A DNA stretch of 64,000 nucleotides from the NCBI GenBank assembly GCA_951406725.2, contig OX597833.1, forward strand, positions 71,796,001 to 71,860,000, in the 5' to 3' direction. The notes beneath the pieces are model-generated. The model ran no database searches, was not told where the DNA came from, and worked only from the letters and a program-made list of their open reading frames with translations. A program made the translations under genes and the position numbers. Below are positions 59,301 to 64,000 of the stretch, in pieces. Source of the stretch: Octopus vulgaris. Lineage: Eukaryota. Position 1 is the first letter of the stretch. Each line of letters opens with the position of its first letter.

Positions 59301-59870
59301 TTAACGATAATTGAGCCTCAGAACCCCAGCGGTCACTATTCTGGCCACCAGCCACAGATGCAAATACCCCAGCAGCAGCAGTTTCACCGGCTGCCATGTT
59401 GTACTGATTACAAACATATCGCTTGGCAACTCCTCAGCCAATGAGCAATGTTGTTGCATCTGATTGTCGGCCTTCATATGCCCCGACACAGGAAGTGCTT
59501 CCTGATGATTGAAGCTGTTCCTGCTAGTTTTACGTGAAAATGAGTCAGAAAAACCCTGTCTGTGAGTGATGTCTTCAACCAAGTGCTGTCACCTGATGAA
59601 GAGGACATCAACAATGATGATTATGGCACTGATGCTGATTCTGAGAGTGAGTCTGACAACAGTTTAGACCCTGAAAGTGACAGTGATGATCTCGACGGCT
59701 GCTGTACAAAATGTAGAGCCATCGGCAAATGTGCACGGTGCAGTGCCTGTCGGTTGTCAGAATAGGGGACATGTTCGTGTTGGGTGGGAATCATCTTTTT
59801 GGCTCTTTTACCCAAGGAACCTGGGGTGAGGGTGCCGAGGACAGTGGGTATCTGAGATTCAAAGGGTTAT
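59301..59870 (+). mobile_element. piggyBac-like deletion derivative
   Basis: Imperfect TIRs TTAACGATAATTGAGCCTCAGAACCC and GGGTATCTGAGATTCAAAGGGTTAT; internal acidic peptide SVSDVFNQVLSPDEEDINNDDYGTDADSESESD resembles piggyBac transposase N-termini. Confidence 0.5.
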
Positions 59871-60393
59871 GGTATGAGGTCAGTAATTTTGGTGGTAGAA
59901 GATTAGAAAAATCACTGGTGCTGGCAATCTCATAAACAGCATCTGGTACACTCTGCCAAATGGTTGGCATCAGGAAGGGCATCCAGCCATAGAAACCATG
60001 CCAAAGTAGACATTGGAGCATAGTGTAGCTTCTGGCCTTGCCTGCTTCTATCAAACTGTCCAACCCATGCAAGCAAGGAAGATGGATATTAAATGATGTT
60101 TATGATTGACACTAGATTATGACTGGTACTTCATGTCATCAACCCCAGAAGAATGAAAGGCAAAGTGGACCTTAGCTATGCTCAAGAACATGGGAAAGTG
60201 GATGCAAAATGATAATGATGAACAACGATGAAGATGAATAAATGATGGTGAGCTGCCATGAACATGAAAACCAAGAGTTAAATTAGTGCAGGGAACATTA
60301 AAAAAGCTAATTAAAAATAATTATGGGATGAGTAAAGAAACCAGATTAGTCATTGATTAATGTTGTTATTATTTTGGTAAATACAAAAGATAA

Positions 60394-60434
60394 TTCAGAC
60401 ATGTTTCGGTATTATTCTGACCTCAATCAGTGAA
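60394..60434 (-). ncRNA. minimal type I hammerhead-ribozyme-like motif
   Basis: UUCA-CUGAUUGA-GGU(CAGAAUAAU)ACC-GAAA-CAUG-UC-UGAA: stem I UUCA/UGAA, stem II GGU/ACC, palindromic ACAUGU stem III, GUC cleavage triplet; one extra U in the core. Confidence 0.55.
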
Positions 60435-60892
60435 GAATGAACTTCACTGTCTTTACCAATATAGGGGTTTGAAAAGACTTTGATATAACATTATCCAATG
60501 ACTAATATTGTTCTTTTTTCTCCAGTGTATAATTGTTTCCAGCTAACTTTTTAATATTCCCTGCATTAGATATGCTAAAACTAACTTAACTACTGGTTTT
60601 CATGCTGATGATGTCCCTGAGTAATATGAGGTGGTCATCAGAAGAACTGGTCTTGTACTTACTCAAAGTGAATCAATATATTTCCTTGGGTGGATGTTGT
60701 TTGCTAAAGGTAAACAACCTCTGATTGAGTATTGATCTCTGACAATAGAATAACTGAAAGAATATGAAAATATTGAACTTTCAGCTTATAAATATTAAGT
60801 TCAGATAGTTGGCAAGAATTTCATTTTGTCTGTGAACAGCCGAACCTTCGGCATATTTAATTCCTTTGTTAACATATTTTTACTGAAATATA

Positions 60893-61293
60893 CTCTTTTA
60901 TTCTTTTACTTGTTTCAGTCACTTGACTACGGCCATGCTGGAGCACCGCCTTTAGTCAAGCAAATCGACCCCGGGACTTATTCTTTGTAAGCCCAGTACT
61001 TATTCTATCGGTCTCTTTTGCCGAACCGCTAAGTGACGGGGACATAAACACACCGGCATTGGTTGTCAAGCAATGCTAGGGGGACAAACACAGACACACA
61101 AACATACACACAAATACATATATATATACGACAGGCTTCTTTCAGTTTCCGTCTACCAAATCCACTCACAAGGCAATGGTCGGCCCGAGGCTATAGTAGA
61201 AGACACTTGCCCAAGGTGCCACGCAGTGGGACTGAATCCTGAACCATGTGGTTGGTAAGCAAGCTACTTACCACACAGCCACTCCTGCGCCTA
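60893..61293 (-). mobile_element. full-length tRNA-head SINE
   Basis: Same family as 53910-54322; TATACT duplicated at both ends. Confidence 0.88.
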
Positions 61294-61405
61294 TACTACT
61301 TTTTTTCTTTTCGATTAATTTTGAAAATAATGAATAATTAAGTTGGTGCTTGGAACATAAATTAACAGGAAATTTGGATGGAAAAATGGTTTTATTTAAA
61401 TCATT

Positions 61406-62039
61406 TTAACCCTTTTCTTACTGTATTTTGTGTTGAGGTGCTCTGTGTTTCTTTCAATTAATTTTAAATATAATATAGGCGCAGGAGTGGCAGTGTGGTA
61501 AGTAGCTTGCTAACCAACCACAAGGTTCTGGGTTCAGTCCCACTGCGTAGCATCTTGGGCAAGTGTCTTCTACTATAGCCCCGGGCCGACCAATGCCTTG
61601 TGAGTGGATTTGGTCGACGGAAACTGAAAGAAGCCTGTCGTATATATGTATATATATATGTGTGTGTTTGTGTGTCTGTGTTTGTCCCCCTGCATTGCTT
61701 GACAACCGATGCTGGTGTGTTTATGTTCCCTTTACTTAGCGGTTCGGCAAAAGAGACTGATAGAATAAGAACTGGGCTTACAAAGAATAAGTCCCGGGGT
61801 CGAGTTGCTTGATTAAAGGCAGTGCTCCAGCATGGCCGCAGTCAAATGACTGAAACAAGTAAAAAGAAAAAGGGAGTAAAGAACTTAGTAAAATAACTTA
61901 GTTACCATTAAGCTAGTGTTAGGAACATAAATTGTGACTAAGGTTTGGTGGAGGATTTTAATTCAGAACTTATGAAAACAAGACATTTATACTACAGAAC
62001 CAGAGGTGGTTTCAGCCAGATTGGTATCAAAAGGGTTAA
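61406..62039. mobile_element. piggyBac-type MITE (TTAA-CCCTTTT..AAAAGGG-TTAA)
   Basis: TIRs with TTAA target-site duplication at 61406-61409 and 62036-62039. Confidence 0.75.
61475..61878 (+). mobile_element. full-length tRNA-head SINE
   Basis: GGCGCAGGAGTGGCAGTGTGGTAAG (A-box-like) .. GGTTCAGTCCC (B-box-like). Confidence 0.88.
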
Positions 62040-62468
62040 AATAGGAAGTTTGTATCACAGAACCAGTTGGGGTGGTCTCAGGTGGGTTGGCATCAAAACG
62101 GTTTTTAAAAAACGGAACTCTGTATTGGAATATATACAGCCATAGAATTCTTATGTGTGAAAATAAGAGAGATGGTCATGATTGGAGCATTTTTGATCTT
62201 AGATGAACTTGATCAGGGCTGACTTAGACTTCATTCTTTTCTTAGAAATATTTCTGTCAAAATATTCTGTCTTTACTTGTAATTCTTCTTGAAAATAACA
62301 AAAAATTTACTAAAGGAATTTTATTGTTATTAAGAGAGTTTTTTATGCTTGGCACTTTGCAAACGTTTGATGAGTGTCCTTGAGTCATTTTGTAATTTCT
62401 GCTAATTAAAAATGTAAGTGCTCTGCATTCTCTTTATCCTGTTTTTACTACCAGCAAACACTCACACT

Positions 62469-62500
<32 letters not shown>

Positions 62501-62864
62501 TATACATTAAGAAAATGAAGGTAGTCAGGATTTGTAATAGCACTTGCAGTCTGCCTCTTACACCAAAAAACAACCGCAAGATGACAGCAGCGGTGGTCAC
62601 CAGTCAAATTTCACACGTGTGTACCAAATAAATAGTTTTTATCCGGTGCCTGAGTGCTTTCTCTTTCTTGATATATAAAACTTGTACACCATTTCAGACA
62701 ATCTGTTTATATGTGTGTGTGTGTGTATATATGTATGTGTGTGTGTATATATGTATGTGTGTGTGTGTATATAGATATATATATAATTATCATCTTGGTT
62801 TAACCTCTGCCTTCCATGCTAGCATGGGTGGGACAGTTTCACAAGAGCTGAGCAGGATATATAT

Positions 62865-63252
62865 CTTTTACTCTTTTACTTGTTTCAGTCATTTGACTGC
62901 GGCCATGCTGGAGCACCGCCTTTTAGTCAAGCAAATCGACCCCCAGGACTTATTCTTTGTAAGCCTAGTACTTATTCTATCGGTCTCTTTTGCCGAACCG
63001 TTAAGTTACAGGAATGTAAACACACCAGAGTCGGTTGTCAAGCGATGTTGGGGGGGGGAGGACAAACACACACACACATATATACACGATGGGCTTCTTT
63101 CAGTTTCCGTCTACCAAATCCACCCGCAAGGCTTTGGTCGGCCCGAGGCTATAGTAGAAGACACTTGCCCAAGGTGCCACGCAGTGGGACTGAACCTGGA
63201 ACCATGTGGTTGGCAAGCAAGCTACTTTACCACACAGCCACTCCTGCGGCTA
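62865..63252 (-). mobile_element. full-length tRNA-head SINE
   Basis: Same family as 60893-61293. Confidence 0.85.
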
Positions 63253-64000
63253 TATATATATATATATATATATAAATCTCTAATTGTGGAGGGAACATGT
63301 GGAAGGAGTAGATCCTGAAAGATGTGAGACGAAGTGGGGGTAAAGGATCTTCGGATGCTGGACCTCGCTGAAGAAATGACAAGGGACCATGTGTTGTGGT
63401 GATTTGCTGGACTTGAGACGATGCATCAAGCTAATTAAAATCGTTTGCATTCATACCTGCAGGTTTGTTCGTTACAGGTGCCATGTAAAATGCACTTGTA
63501 CCAGTGCCATGGCAACATACCTGTGCTGGTGGCACATTAAAGGCACCCCTCACACTCTGTAAAGAAGATGGCCTTAGGAAGGGCAAAATGCAAAGGCTGT
63601 AGAAACCAAGCCAAAACACATTCGGTGTCTGGACAGCTTCCTGGCTGACCGGCTCCCGTAAAGCTGCCCAATCCATGCTAGCATGGAAAGCAGATGTTAA
63701 ATGATGATGATGATTTATATATATATCATCATCAATGTCATCATCATCATCATCATCAATTTAACAGCCAGTTTCCTTGTTTGCATTGGTCAGATGGAAT
63801 TTGTTGTAGAGGTTTGTTTTTATGACTGGAAGCCCTTCCTGTTGCTAACCCTCACATATATCCAAATAAGGTAATATTTCGCCATGGCCAGACATGTTTT
63901 CATGGAAGATTGGGAATAAAGGACACTGCCTGCATGGCATTGGCAGCTTGTTCTCAACTGTCATCCCATGACGTGAAGGCAAGGACACACACACACACAC

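Larger units (their letters stand above)
60857..62105. mobile_element. TTAA-type MITE hosting a SINE and a second MITE
   Basis: Flanks align to the copy at 44616-44792 once the inserts are removed. Confidence 0.6.

Noticed and set aside
61478-61545. tRNA gene
   Set aside because: A/B-box-like head of a SINE with no complete cloverleaf, followed by the SINE body.
62668-63318. 216-aa ORF and similar ORFs (54097, 61073, 61454, 14011, 16668, 43667)
   Set aside because: Translations of SINE copies and microsatellites.

Overview
Eukaryotic genomic DNA, inferred to be cephalopod (Octopus-like) from its SINE families, huge (TA/CA) microsatellite and C2H2 relic. Three spliced genes were reconstructed by hand from GT-AG junctions. 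(1) The last six exons of UTP4/cirhin (+, 24..8421). (2) A complete 17-exon ANKS6 (+, 12662..33508, 845 aa, ankyrin repeats plus SAM domain). (3) The second exon of NOP10 (-, 45199..45339), convergent with ANKS6; its exon 1 was not found and may lie in the 100-N gap. ANKS6 and NOP10 are separated by an ~8.7 kb alternating purine-pyrimidine microsatellite, which explains all the long Y/I/H/M/T/C ORFs as artefacts. The rest is SINEs, RTE/R4-type LINE ends, mariner relics, TTAA (piggyBac-type) MITEs, a Helitron-like element and Penelope-like relics, including two minimal hammerhead-ribozyme-like motifs. The most striking unexplained feature is at 44300..44570. It is a candidate distal alternative last exon of ANKS6 in the matching splice phase, adding 54 aa. 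Its branch point, polypyrimidine tract and AG acceptor are exactly covered by an ~32-bp stem formed with a sequence 200 nt downstream, which suggests an RNA-structure (possibly ADAR-sensitive) splicing switch. Gene identities rest on remembered homology, not on a database search.
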